A stretch of DNA of 64,000 nt from Camelus ferus (Eukaryota): NCBI RefSeq assembly GCF_009834535.1, contig NC_045707.1, forward strand, positions 47,122,001-47,186,000, in the 5' to 3' direction. Under the pieces are notes generated by a model. It was not told where the DNA came from and did no database searches. It worked only from the letters and a program-made list of their open reading frames with translations. Made by a program: the position numbers and the translations under genes. Below are positions 1-14,197 of the stretch, piece by piece. The first letter of the stretch is position 1. Each line of letters begins with the position of its first letter.

Positions 1-2089
1 AAAAAGACATGAAAAACTTACCATAATGAGGGTGGACTTGTTATGAGTTGTAATTAAAACATCCTTAGGAAACAGATAAACTTACATAGTAAAAATTTGA
101 CTAGAAACAGTGTGGTTTTTAAGCTCTTTTGGTGGTTGTCCCAATTCAAGAATTTTTTTACCTTCCTAGGACCATAAATCATATTTTTTGCATATGGCTT
201 CTGGGGATTCAGGTTCTTGAGAAACATGTGAGTTCCCTGGTCTCCATGGATTCCAGGTTAAGAATCCCTGAACTACTTTTGGAGGTAATTAAACTTTCAG
301 GCTACGTGGATATTGTTTAATGTACTAGCTAATGTTTTGATTATGAAATGTACGCATAATTAAAAGTAAGTTAAAAATAGTTGAGTGTTATTTTTTTAAG
401 CTCCTCTTTGTCAAGCACTTTCTTCAGTCTAGATTGATCAGTTCTCACACAATAGAGATTGAGTTTTGTCAATTTATCAAGTACTTCTTAAGTATCCACC
501 ATGCTAAATAATAATATCAGGAATATTATGCATGCGCTTTGTGGAAGTTATGAGTTTTCCCCACACTTGCAATGTCTTACAGCCATACACAGTAGAGAAC
601 ATTATATTATCCTTTTTCTTCTCTGATGAGGAGACTGTAGGCCAGAGAAGTTGGATGATCAATATTGAGGACTTGCAAGTCAATATCTTTGCTTTTTTCT
701 CTATGCAGTATCTAGTGGTTTGGTTTACCTGCGTGTAAGTGGATTTAAGAAGGAAATAACTTATACTGTAGATTCATGTAGTATGGATTCTGATCATGCA
801 TTTGAATCTGTTATCATGAGTTATGGATGCGTGTGCACTGTGGAAGTAAATAATAGAACCAAGGAAATGAGGATGGCATCCAGCAGGGGCTTTGGACATT
901 ATAATTGTAGTCATCACAGTTCTGATGTGGTTGCTTAATTACTATGTTATCTAATTTTACTTTCTAAAAACAGATCTGAAAGGCATAGTATGTGTAGTAA
1001 TGTTACACCAAGAAATAAGAATTTTTGTTTCTATATAAAAGATGAGTTGGACTGATATTTTATTATACAGTTGAAATTTTCTTTGCAAATGTAATGTATG
1101 AGGGTTATCAGCATGGATATACAAACTAGGAAGTGAATAATAGGGAATCAGTTAACTTCAGCTGAAATCTTAGTGACTTTTAAAAATGCTTCCCAAGTGA
1201 AGTTTTTTTTTTTAGTATTAAATACGTCATCTTTAATTTGTAGATTAGATAGGATGTTGGGTCACTCTGAGTGAGATCTTTGGCTCCTGACATCTCTGGT
1301 GTTAGAAACCATGAATGTGAGGTTGGAAGAACTGGATAACTGGTTAAGAGCCCTCAGGGAATGGACAGAAAGAATTCTTTATTCATTTTTTCAAGAGCTG
1401 TACCACACCACACACACGATCAGGGCATTGCATGTTTGTTAAAATCCTGGATGTAGCTATTCTAAAATCCCCTAAGGAAACTGAGGCATATCTATAATTC
1501 CAAGTTGGCCTGTAACTCAGATGTTTCTGAATAATTAGGATTTGGTTGTAGTTTTTTTTTTTTTTTTCCCAGCTTCAATTTAAAGTGTTTTTAGACATTG
1601 GTTTCAGAATCTAATGTTGACATATTTTGCTTTTTTTTTTTTTTTAATTGGCTGTTTTCTCTTCAGATTTTCAAACTCCTTTACTTTTCAGTACCATCAC
1701 AGTACGTCATGATCAGAGGTTTGGTCTGTTTTTAAGCAAGTCAGTTTTTATTTTCAAAGTCTTCACAGTATAGTGACTGAAGGCATTGTAGTTGAGAAAA
1801 TACTAGAAAGAAGTATAACAAATGCTATCTATGTGTCTTTAGACTATGGGTGCTTTTTATTTCTTTACGACCTTCTAAGATTTCTTTATAGTTTATACTA
1901 AGGAAAAGGTTATTGCTGTAAAGTCCCTGTTTTTTAGTGACCTTTAAGGACCATGGGGGTTACCTCTGTCTACCCCCTTACTATGGGACTGGGGCAAAAT
2001 GGCTTTAGTAAGCTATTAAGAGCCCAGGGCTATATTTCAGTCTTCCATAACATTGCAATTTGTCTGCCTTTTTATTATCCATTTGTAAA

Positions 2090-2400
2090 ATATGTTTCAG
2101 TTCATTTAAGTGGACATTTATTGAATGCATACTATATATTCACGAAGCCAGGTGAACAAGATAGGCATCCCTGTCTAGTGAAAGACACAGTTGTGATACA
2201 AGAAATTACAATGAGGTGTGTTATGAAAGAAGGAATACCTGGGATTTACCATAGTCTAAGGAAAGATACCTGTTGAAGAGTTTTTAAACTTTAAGAGGAG
2301 GGAAAGTGGACAGACGGAATAGCAGATATGAAAGCTGGAAGGAGAGGGAGAAGAAGAGAAAGTGAGAGTGAATGCATAGCATATTCCACAAATCCAGTAT
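2090..2400 (-). mobile_element. LINE-2 3' fragment
   Basis: ttcattta...catttattgaatgcatactat... signature followed by purine-rich sequence. Confidence 0.55.
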
Positions 2401-3899
2401 GTGGTGGATAGTGTCTTATTGTAGTTTAATTAGAGGCTTTTGTGCAGGTGGGTCCCTGTTTAGTAATAACGTTTGACTTAAGATAGACTGCTTCTTCTGG
2501 GGTGGCATATATCTATCTTGTTCTCCAGGATCCCTAGATTTGGGGAAGTTTGGGGTTCCAGTGAGAAGGAACTAAAGAGCAGGTAGGAAAATACATTTGA
2601 AGTATCACTGCATCAGACCATAACCACTCTGAGTTTTAAACAAGATTTTTTTCATTCAGTAAGCCTAAAAATAGAATTATCTTACACTTATTAAACTTAA
2701 TTTTGTGTTTTCCACTCAGGGAGGGTATTTCTACCTGCTTAATTTTCTCCCTTGCATTTAGAAAGAATAAAGAAGAGTGCTTTTTAAGTAAAAATCCCCC
2801 TACACCTGCACATACTGTAATTCTTGCTTTGGCTTTTTTAGAAAAGTCATTTCTTTTCACAGGTGAAGACACAGTGATTTATAGCTACAAAGCTTGAGGT
2901 TTCTTACCTTTAGCTGTAAATGAACTTTCCCTGTTAAGTAAATATATATATATTTTTTCTGAATAAAGCACTCTGTTTACCCTGTCTTTATTGTTGTGAT
3001 TCAGATAAGGGTTAATCTAAAAGTGCTGCAATCTACTTTCGGGTTCCTGCCGCGGATTGTCATTAGAGATCAGTGAACACTTGGCCACACCTTCCCTATT
3101 TCTTACTGGAATATTTTCCCAGTTAGATTGGACAGGCTGCTAATGTATTGAGTGGCAGGAACTAGAAGATAGTTTCGGTGAACACTTGTTAATAATCTGA
3201 GTAGTTAATGGTTGTGCATCAGAATTATCTGGGGATTTATAAATTTAACAGTTGCCAGCCCAACATGTTTTTTGTTACATTTTGTCTTAAGATCTCCAGA
3301 TGATTTTAGTGTGCACCTTGCAGAAACAATGGCCTTTGTGTGTGCTTGGCTTTAGTGCAAAGAAGGGTAGGATGTGTTAGAACTAAAATCACACACACAG
3401 ACAGTACCTTCTCATATATAGAAAACAAAGGCATCAGTGGGAACACCATATGTGACATTCAGGGTGGGGAAACCCTCAAGATTGGTTTAGGAAAAGAGGT
3501 TTTTAGGAGGTTGACCTTTGAGCTGAATTTTGAAAGGTAAGTAGAAAAGTGGGGTTAGGGGAGAAGGACGTTATTCCAGGTTAGACATAATCAAGCTCTA
3601 GGAAGATACTTGAGCAGTGCTAAAACTGTAACATGAGTCAGCACTTCTTTGCTTGGACCACAGACACTTCACATGCAGTCTTTTAATTTGAAAAAGTTTA
3701 TTTCCTTTTGAAGTGTTGTTCATAGATATATGTTTATTATTAAAAATTCAATTAATATACTAAATATGTAACATAGTAAAAATAATGAAGTAATACAGAT
3801 AATTATTTCCCCTTCACTTTCTTTTGCTATTCCAATTTCCAGTTCATAGATAGAATGCTAAAATCTTACTGAATATGAAAGGAAAACCTAAATGCTTCA

Positions 3900-4242
3900 T
3901 TTTTTGGAGATATAAATCACATATCATAAAATCTACTCTTTTAAAATGTACAATTCAGCGGTTTTAATGTAGTACAAAGTTGTACAACTATCAGCGCTGT
4001 CTAGAAACAGAAAATCCAGAATGTTTTCAACACCCAAAAAGAAACCGTCTGCCCCTTAGCAATCATGCTACCCCTACTCCCAACCCCTGGCAACCACTTA
4101 TCTACTTTCTGTCTCTGTGGATTCACCTGTTCTGGACATTTCATGTAAATGGAATTATATAATAAGGTTTTTTGTGTCTGGCTTCACTTAACATATTTTC
4201 AAGACTCATCCATATTGTATATATCAGTACTTCATTCCCTTT
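3900..4242 (-). mobile_element. Old L1MB-like 3' end fragment
   Basis: gagatataaatcacatatcataaaat...cccctggcaaccactta...ggacatttcatgtaaatggaat. Confidence 0.75.
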
Positions 4243-4413
4243 AGAATTTTTTAGCTGAAATTTTCTACATAAATGCTTTTAAGAAATTACAGTGCTGAAT
4301 GAAGCAAAGCAGAACTTTTAGCAGGTAAATCTGTATTGGTTCCTATAAAACTAAAACCTGCATTGCTTTAGAACATTTAAGAAATATCCTTTAGCCTTTG
4401 GAGTTGTTGTTAT

Positions 4414-4414
<1 letters not shown>

Positions 4415-4483
<69 letters not shown>
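4415..4483. repeat. (TAA)n microsatellite, ~22 perfect units
   Basis: Directly visible. Confidence 0.97.
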
Positions 4484-4899
4484 TATTGTCAGCAACCAGT
4501 ACATTTTTATCTTTAAAGATTTGATGGCTGGATACTGAGAAATCTGAGCCAATTCTGATGAATAATGGGTAGGAATCGGTATTGACTAATTTTTTTCTTA
4601 AGGATTAATAAATTTTGTGACCTTGGCCAGGTCACTTCCTTTGGGCCTCCATTATTTCTCATTCCTTTTAGGAAACTTCTCATTGAGAAGAAGCCACGAG
4701 CATTTAATACTGGAACTAATTTTCCCTTTTGGCTTTTAAGCTAGCACTTAAGCAATTCAAAAAAAAAATTGCACAGATTCTTAGTAGCAGTATTCTGAAA
4801 TTTTGTGTAGCTTTCCAGAGTAACTAATATGAAGGCCTGTATCCTGTCAACTTTGATAGTTTTAAAGCCTTTAAATTTTCATGTTCCTGTGGGGTTCAG

Positions 4900-5650
4900 A
4901 CCTTGGACCTTTTTTCATTATACATTCTCTTGAACACATTTATTCATTTACTTGGCTTCAGTCTACATTGATCAATGATTCCAAATATAGTGCTGAGTTT
5001 CAGTTCTCTCCAATTGCCTACATTTTATCTTCACGTAGATATCTTGCAGACAGTTTAAAGTCAACTTTTATTTTACAATGGAATGTATTCATTTTGCTGT
5101 CTCCCCTCCTGTGCATAGTACTTCTGGTGGTTTTTTTCTCTTTATTAATTACATCGACATTAACCCAGTTGCCTGCAATTTACTTCCCCTCCCTCTTCTC
5201 TCCTCTCCCTCTTCTCTTTTCCATGTTCAATTGTTATTAAGCCGATTGATTGAACCTCAAAAATGCCTCTGCTTCTCCTAACGCACTCCTGTCTCCCCTC
5301 CTCGCAGTTGTTTTTGTATGTGGTCTCTTATCTTCCCCTGGACTTTTTTGCAATAATCCGAGAACTCATCTTTCTATCTTCACTTACATGTTCTCTTTCT
5401 CTTTTTCTCTTCGTTTTCCACATTGCCACATTTTTCTAAAAACACCCAATGTGATCATTTTACTCTTTACTGTATAGGATGGAGTTCACATTCCTTGACT
5501 TGACATGCAAGGCTTTTTCACAACCTCATCTTTTCATCTTAATTCATCAGCATCTCTTTCCTTGTCTCCCCTCTCCTATACAACCTCTGATACTGATACT
5601 GTTTACCATTCAAAATGATGTATTTTCCGACTTCTGAATTATGCCATGTT
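4900..5650 (+). mobile_element. LINE-2 fragment
   Basis: Pyrimidine-rich degenerate sequence with L2-like motifs. Confidence 0.5.
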
Positions 5651-7182
5651 TCAGGAGAACATCCCTCATATGAAATGTGACTGCCCAGCACTCTGTGTTG
5701 GTTGGGTTTGGTTTTTTTGCTCCTCTGGGAGAATCTTGACTGTAGTTATCTTGTTTATATCCCACATATCAAGTATATTGTGGTTCAGGAACTAGAAATA
5801 CTATTTTCTACAGGTGCCATGAAAGAAAATCAGGGGTAAAATTTAAGTCACTTGCTTTATTTTCTGGAATCTTGTAAAGGCACTCTAGGAAACAACTGTT
5901 GGTTCTATTGTTAACTGAATCTTTAATTACAGTGAAATTGGAAAAAAATTTGACAAATAAAAATTGTATATATTTAAAGTGTTCAAAGTGATGTTTAGAT
6001 ATATGTATGTAATTTGCTCTTTGTAACCATCAGAAAAATAAAATATTTGACACTCCCTGGCTCAGAGTTTTGATTGCCATGTATACTTTTAAAAAGCCTG
6101 TAGACCTTTGCCCTTATGGTTCCCACACGTACACACTAGCCTTTTGTTTTCTACTGCTTAATTGATAATAATGGATTAGTCATAACAGGGCCATAAACAA
6201 AGGCATTGGAGAACTCCAGTGTCGTCTCCCTTTGTTGTGGGGATTGCATTAGCAGGTTTTCTTGTGTTAGTAAGCAGTGGGACTCTGACAGCCAAGAACC
6301 CAGTCCTAGTCACCGAGCAGGCTTTCACTCCCTGTGCCCCTCAGGCGTGGATTTAAAAATATGCAGATATTTATTTAGATCTATTATCAATGAAGAAAGA
6401 AAGTAAAACTATTGTATGTTTCCGCTTATGAGTAATCAGTTTACAGCAATTTAATATTTTAAGAGTAGACACATACACTTCTTTGTTCCAAAGTGCTACT
6501 TCATTTCTTGAGTTGGGTCATCAGGCCAGTTATGGTTATGTATTTATGTTTGTAAATTATGGCCAATGTGTGTTAATATTTTAAACATTAAGAATATTAG
6601 TATGTAGAATGTCTGCAGTGTTCTTTATACTGATTGTAGACAGTTTGTGTATTGTTTATGGCAGACTAAAAAAAATACTCAAGATAATTCTTTCTGCATG
6701 GTATGTATCAGCCACTTCATTTGCCATTAGCTGGCATGTGTAGTCAGAATGATTTAATTCAAATATTTGATTTTAGTAAAATGAAAGCAAATATATGGCC
6801 TGGAGCAGGAGGAGAGAGGTGGTATAGAAACACACTAACATTCTTTTTTTTTTTCCTTTTTTAAAGCAGAAGATTGTATTTTTTAGGCCCCAAACAAATG
6901 TTGCAGTCCAAGTCCAAAGATTTGTTTCATAATTATAAAATTGTAGGTGTTTTATATTATCATGCTATTTATTCTCTCTCATTTATATTATAGGGTTAAT
7001 CATACAACTTCTATTGGAAGACAGGTGTCTTGAAAAAATGTGATTGTGAATAGAAAAACTGTTCATTTTGCTCAATGTCAAGAGTCTTATTGTTATCACA
7101 TCTCTACTGAAAAAGCTTTATATTTTTCATATATATTTACTCTTTCTTTCCTAGCAGGTCATAAACAGGTTTATTGCCCCTC

Positions 7183-7790
7183 TTTTTTTTTCTTTTTGTA
7201 TTGAAGCATAGTCAGTTTACAACTTTGTGTTAATTTCTAATCTGCAGCATAGTGATTTATTTATACACACACACACGTATATATTCCTTTTCATATTCTT
7301 TTCCATTATAGGCTATTACAGGGTATTGAACATAGTTCCATGTGCTATACAGTAGGACCTTGCTGTTTATTTATTTTATATATAGTAGCTAGTATCTGCA
7401 GATCGCAAACTCCCAATTTATCCCTCCACTAATCCCCTCTTTGCCCCCAGTGACTACAATTTTATTTTCTGTGTGAGTCTGTTTCTCTTTGTAAATAAGT
7501 TTATTTGTCTAATTTTTTTAGATTCCACATATAAGTGATATACATTTTTTTTTCTTTTTCTGGCTTATTTCACTTGATATGACAATCTTCGGGTCCATCC
7601 ATGTTGCTGTAAATGGCATTATTTCATTCTTTTTTATGGCTGAGTAGTATTCCATTGTATATATCTATATATACACATCACATCTTTATCCATTTATCTG
7701 TTGATGGACATTTAGGTTGCTTCCATATCTTGGCTCTTGTAAATAGTGCTGCTATGGACATTGGGGTGCATGTATCTTTTTGAATTAGAG
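7183..7790 (-). mobile_element. 5'-truncated LINE-1 3' end
   Basis: Poly-T then the L1 3' UTR/ORF2 tail (ttagattccacatataagtga...gtaaatagtgctgctatg); similar to 58532-59110. Confidence 0.9.
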
Positions 7791-8559
7791 AAAAAGCTTT
7801 CTAATGGTAGTGAGAAAGATTGAAAAAGGTTATTTATATCTTCTGGCAGGAAGATCCCTTTCCTTAATCTTTTTCTTTTTTCCCTCTCCTTAATCTTGAT
7901 TTGTGCAACTTACCTTTTCTTTAGATTCACTTTACTCCTAAATACGTGAAATTGTTACCTCAAAGTACAACTGAGTTGTGTGCAAAATGACTGTACCCTA
8001 AATCTTTTTATGAGGGTATTGAAGAAGTTTGGTTGGGGAGAAGTTGATTGCATAGTGGTTGGGAGTCTCAGAATTCTCCCAAGATTGTGAAATTCTGTTT
8101 GGGTCATTCACACTTGGGTGTGGCATACTTTGAGCATGTTATCAGATTGTTCTCTAAAATGCATCTAACTGAGGTCCTCTACTTTGAAAGGTGAGGAAGG
8201 GTAGATCTTGGTAGGTATAGTGTTGATCTTGACTTCCGTGAAACTCACATTGATATCAGTAAACTACCTTTGAATCATGAATTTGATTATTTTCTAGTTA
8301 CTGGATAATGGGCATTGTGGCTTCTGCCTGTGTCAAGTGGAAGGGTTCTGAGGTGCATCTGGGGACCGAGGTGCCTGTGTGAGTACTCTCTAGAGTTGGC
8401 ATTTCTTTAACTGGCACAACTGCCCTTCTGCTTCCTAGCTGTCCTTTGTATCCTTTGCTAAGTGGAGGGCAAAAGGGGTAGGGTGGTAATAGGCGGTATG
8501 CAGCTGGTTGGGCTAATCCTTACTCTGGCAATTCTGTGAACACGTGGGAGCTGTCATGT

Positions 8560-9000
8560 ACGGAAAAATTGTTACTTTGGTGACTGAAGGGTGAAAAGAG
8601 AAAGGTATTGTGAAGTAGCAGCTATAGGAAGAAGCTACCTCTTCTAAGTCTGGGGAAAAAAAGAAAAAAAGGTTAAAGTTACTTAAATTTAGAAACTTGG
8701 GAGAAGGAGCCCGAACTGGGTTCCAGACCTCTGAAGAGGGTCTATCCCTCTGGTTGGGTAGGGGAGGGGTGGTGGTGGTGGTGATTAAGCTGGATGAATG
8801 TGCTGCAGGATTGTTGGGTGATGCTTACAGGCACCTCAGGTGGACCGGAAGCCCAAAAGAGGCAAGTGCCTTCTTGCAGTTTTAGCACCCCCACCCCATC
8901 TGCCGAATTTAACAGGGAGCCCCTGGCAGAGCAGAAATGTGGTTTGTAGAGTCCTACCTCCAGAGTCCCAAATTATAGAAGGATAAGTGAGAGACATTTA
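8560..9000. mobile_element. Old ERVL-type LTR remnant (LTR67/LTR41-like)
   Basis: gcagaaatgtggtttgtagagtcc motif recalled from these LTRs. Confidence 0.4.
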
Positions 9001-10569
9001 CTTTACATGTGGTACAAATCTGAATTTCCAGTGTAGAAGTTTTCAAGATAGAAAGCTGCCTAACCTTCTGGTCTAGCCCGTGATAGGGAAGTGCGTGAAA
9101 CCATTGAGATGTGGCAGTACTTGTCTTGACTTCAGTCCTGCAAATTTTGGGATTAATACAGATTTTTAAAAAGTGTATGTTTTTGTTTTGATTAAGTTTA
9201 GGGGAAGGACCCTCCCTCGCTTTCATCCACTAGGTTGACTGTCAGGGTTTTATTTTGTTTTGTTTTTTAAAGTAATCGTTATATTGTATAGAGAAATACC
9301 TTTGTTCCAAATCATTTAAATCTTTCCCCACTTTATTCAGCCAACCCTCAAATCTCAGGAAAGACAGAACTGCATGCTTTCAAGCGGGGACATTAGAGAA
9401 GAAAGTGGGATTGGAGAGAGAAAATAACTAAGGCAACAAATTCTTCCTGTCCTTGGTGACTCTGCATCAGCTCCAAGGACACTTCTTCATATAGTGTCCG
9501 AGCAAATTAAGAGACGTATTTTCTCTTTTTAGCCCTGATATGCCATTTAGTTATAAACTCTTTGTCATTCACCTAACATGAGTGCAGACATATGAAGCAC
9601 TTGCTGGATGCTGAGGATTCCATGCTCTGACTGAAATGTGAAAAGAGCCCTTGACTCTAGAGTGAGCTGTTAGTCCAGTGTTCACTTGATAGGTTTCTGT
9701 GCACATTTCTGAAAATTAAATGAAACAACACATTTGAACATCCACCTCAGTTTTAAGGATTAATCCAATTGTAAATCCCTGTACCTTGGAGTTCTAACTA
9801 CATTTATCTAGCTCTCCAATTCATTAGCCTGTGAAAGTCTAATGTCCTGCCCGAAGTTTGGCCATTTATCTAGTAGTTCAAGGTCAGAGGTTTACCTTTG
9901 TCTGTGTGGTTCTGGGACTGTACGAGCTGTTAACCGACTCAAGAATCTGTTAGTTGCAAGAATTTTGCAAGTTTAGTGATTTTTATTGAAGAGTTAGGAG
10001 TTTGGCAGCAAAGGATATAACCCACCTTGTTGCCTCTTGGTGTTTTTCCTTTCTTCTCATTTTTCTCCTTGTGCATTTTTCCACTGCTCAAATTCTTGAA
10101 TGCCTGATCTTGAATGCCTGATCCTTCCCTCAAATCGCAAGGACTCAGGTGAATAAATAGCATGTTTCCCTAAATTAAGACCCAGTTCCTGCCCTAAATA
10201 AGCTCAAAACATAAGTGTACAACCTGTATGGAAGGTATCAAGGCCAAGGCCAAGCAGAAGTACGAAATAGTTTGTGAAAATTGGATTTAGAATTTTAAAA
10301 AGTCCTTTTTTCTGCATGCTTCTGCCGTGTGCAGCCAATCCCCTTAACCAACGTGTAAGAAAGAAATGGTGTTCTACAGAATGTGCACCCCCTACTTTCC
10401 AACGATAATCAGTAGCATTTAGTCAGCTGCTTAGCTCTTAACTGACAGTTGATTTTGACAATGGTAGAAATGCTGCTTTGTGGGCAAAATAATGTTTTAT
10501 GGCTTAAATGGCATATATCTACTTCCTAATTCTCAAGAGCAAAAGGATTTTGCGTATGTGGTTTATGTG

Positions 10570-10765
10570 TGCACAGAATCTGGAGCCAGGTCCTCTGGGC
10601 TTGATTCTCACTCTGCCAAATACTAGCTTGGACATCCTCACTTGACCTCTCTGCTTTTTTATCTGCTTAATATACTAATCTAGCTCTAGAGTGATTGGGA
10701 GGGTTGGAGTGCAGGGAACAGAGCCTAATGTAATTCTGAGCATTATTTAATATCGCTTATTGTTG
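10570..10765 (+). mobile_element. MIR SINE
   Basis: tctggagccagg...ctgggcttgattctcactctgcc...tactagct. Confidence 0.55.
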
Positions 10766-12399
10766 TTTTCTGATTTTGCAAAAATACTTCTTCACTATAA
10801 GTCTAAAAAAAATGGATATCTTTAAAGTGTGGAAAAGCTATGTTCATCATTTCATATTAGTTCACCAAAATAGATAATATTAAATACAACCTTCTGAAGT
10901 GGGCACAGATTTTTAAACCAGAATGAATGCCCATTTATCAACAGTGGGTGGAGAAATGGAATGTTTGGGGTAAATAATATTTTTATTTTATTAGAATTAT
11001 CATATATATAGTCAATTTTCAGTGTGTTAGACAATACTAAGCTTTATCTTTATAGATGCTAAACAAGTTTTATTTTTTAATCCAAAATATTTAGAATTTT
11101 GCACTGCATAACTTCATGCATGCTATAATGTGAATGGCCTTCTTGGAGTTGTGCAGTTTGGCAGACTTGTTAAAGAATACTTATTTGGTGGGAAGTAGAA
11201 ATCCTAATAGCTGGTTGTTTCCTAATTTATCTCAGAGTTGTGTGCAAAGTGTAGGAAAAAAAAATAATTTTTCCTTTCTAGTGGTTTGGATTTTGGACAG
11301 AATCATGTCAGTGACACAGTTGGATTGAGAATGCAGATCTGGAGCAACTATAGCTTGTTTTTCTTTGACTCACTGAAATTTCACTGCTCTTCTTCTGTCT
11401 TGTCTATAAATATTAGCAGAGGTCTTTCCTATTAGTGGATTCCTCAGGCATTTGGCACTTAAATTTTGCTGTGATTACCACATTTGAAACCTAAAGTAAC
11501 TAGTAATTAAGGAAAGGATTGAGTAAATAATCTATGGTAGTTGTAGAAGTATAGTCACTAGCTAGTAGGCCATGTGGTTTGCAAAGAATATTAATTTATA
11601 AAGCAACCAGGTGCAGTGACATAATAAATGAAAAAAATGTAAACATATTAAGCTGTTTTTAAGGACTTCTGTTTTTATCAGAACAAATATAAACGTACTA
11701 GAATATTAACCAGATTTTGGTTATTAGGAATATGGCTAATTTTAAGTTGATTTCATATGTATTTTTCTTTAATAAGCAGGTGAGAAAATGGGGAAAAAGC
11801 AGGTACCATAAGCAAAAAAATTCTTTTTTATTTAGTTATTAAGCATTGTCATAGATGCTGAGAATACAATATGTTTATAATATCCCTTTCCTCAACAGGG
11901 AAGATGAAATATTGAGTACTGAACAGTAATTACAAGGTTAAAGAGTATAACAAAAAGGGACCTTGCAGTAGAAGGAAGCATATAGCAGTAAGGTTTAACC
12001 TATTACAGCAATAACATATTTAGCCAAGTTTAGTGCTAGAGAGAACTTTTGAAATGTTTAAGGGGCTAAATTTTAGAAGGCAGGAGAGGTGAATGAGTTT
12101 GTATGATTGTATAACAAATTGGTACAATTAGAATTGGAATTAAATTCAGATTCCTACCTCCAGGTTTTTTCCCTAGTAGGTACATGAGGCTGTCTAGTTG
12201 AGGTTAGCTTTCTAATGTGAAATTAGCTCCCTTTTTAAAGGCTCTTAAACTAGGTAGAAATTCTTTGATTAGGAGATGAGCTGGTTTCAGTGCTCTCCTC
12301 CTTTGACCCCATTTAATCCCAAAGAGAGAACTTCTTAACCTCTTCATTTCCTCTCTTAGTCTATTAACACTTAACCTTTCCTTCACTTTCTTTTCTATT

Positions 12400-12885
12400 T
12401 AGTTTAGACTTTATTTTTAGCAAGGAACAGAAGCCAACCTTGGCTCTTTTAAGCTGAAATGATATTTATTGAGTTATGAGATACCTCACAATTTTCAGAA
12501 GCACCAGTGAACGAGGCAGGCAGAAACAGGGCTCAGAATTGCTTCACAGAGACTTCACTGCAGGCATTATATGTAACACACACACTCTGCAGAGTGGTTG
12601 CTGATGCCAAGTCCAGGAGGCTGGACTACAACTTCCTTTCCATTGCTGTCTAGCTGTAACTACTGCTGCTCTCTCCAGAATAATCCTTTTTTCAGATCTT
12701 AGTTTCTGATGCACAGGTTTTGACAGAGCCTAGGTTTCACATGCATAAGCTGTAAGAGAGTTAGGAAATAAGGCTAAAGTTTCTGTTGAGGAAGGTGGGG
12801 ATCCATAAAAGTTGGTAAGTGTGATTCCCAAACCAGGGTGTTTTAGCTGTTGAGTGACCAAAAGGAATGACTAATGTCCATTATG
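12400..12885. mobile_element. MaLR (MLT1-like) LTR remnant
   Basis: ttagtttagact...gcaaggaacagaagccaac start and aatgtccattat end. Confidence 0.4.
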
Positions 12886-14197
12886 AACCTCATTTTGCTG
12901 TATGCTTCTGTGTGACCATAGATAAGTTTTTCTATTTTCTACAACAGTTCCTTCAAATTTTCACGTTCTGCTTAAACTCTCAACCTGAACGTTGCACTAA
13001 GGAAGATATGAACAAGTGGGGAATTTTTACTGCTGTTTAATAGTAGGCAAATTTATAGACAAGTGGCTGAACTTACACATAAGTGCCTTAAAATGAATTA
13101 TCAACTTCAAATACCCAGTTAAAATTTTGAGAAAGAAACAAAGAAACAAACCCACAATCTAGATCATTTCTAATTTAGAAGCTGAATTTTTAAAGAAGTA
13201 TAAGTTCCCTGGTTTTTGCTAATGCATCACTCATAATTTTAGTGTTCACCATACAGAAAAATTTAAAAATTTTAAAATTATTTTCCCTGTTTCCATTCAG
13301 GATGAGTTCAAAAGACCTTTTCTCCCCTACCTGCTAAGTTACATACTCCCTCTCAGAATCTTAAATATGCGACTTTTTTTTTTTTTAACGCTTTTTGATG
13401 GGTTTTATTAACAGTGCCTTAAGTACCATGGCACAACAGCAGTCTCAGTAATGAAGTGTTACTAAGTTACTAGGTCCTCTCTTCAGAGTTCTGTGACATC
13501 ATTCCTAAGACACAGAATTCATTAGGAAGACATTACATTATCAAATCACTAAAGGCTTATTTTTGTTTTTTGGGGTGGTGCTAAAGTTTGGGCTATGAAG
13601 TGTTATGGCATCCATCAAATAAGAAATCGAGAGAAATGGAGAAACATAGCTTCCATGAATCTACTAATTACAGTGCTGGATATTCAAAGGAAATTTTTAC
13701 CACCAAGAATTTCATGAATGTTACATGAAGGAGTAATTGAAACTGTCTTTAACTGTGATGCCAGTATTTAGAAATCTCTCAAAGAAAAACAGAGACAAAA
13801 AGATGGCCTTGTAAAGTTTATATCTTTCCATAAAACTTTCAAGATGTCTTTATAAATAAACAAGAAATAATATGCCCTCAGTCTGGTCCTGTTATTCATA
13901 TAGTTTCCCTAACTCCCACCTGTAACCTTCTCTCAGACCCTGACATTCTAAATGCATCTTTCAGAAACTGACTTTTATGTATACTTTATACTCACAGTGA
14001 AATAAATTTAGGGTGGGAGGTGGTGCAAGAGGGTCTGTTTTATTTAGAGTTAGTTGATGCCGTAATACCATGTACAAAATAAGGAATTAATAAACATTTG
14101 TTAGTAAATTCATGTTTCAAAATCACAAGAGTGTTTTAGAGCATAATGGTTTGTTCACCATATAATAGATGGTTCCAGCTCAAAAGGGTATATATCC

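Noticed and set aside
10094..10123. 14-bp tandem duplication TCTTGAATGCCTGA x2
   Set aside because: Ordinary local duplication; two units with no spacer, not an array.
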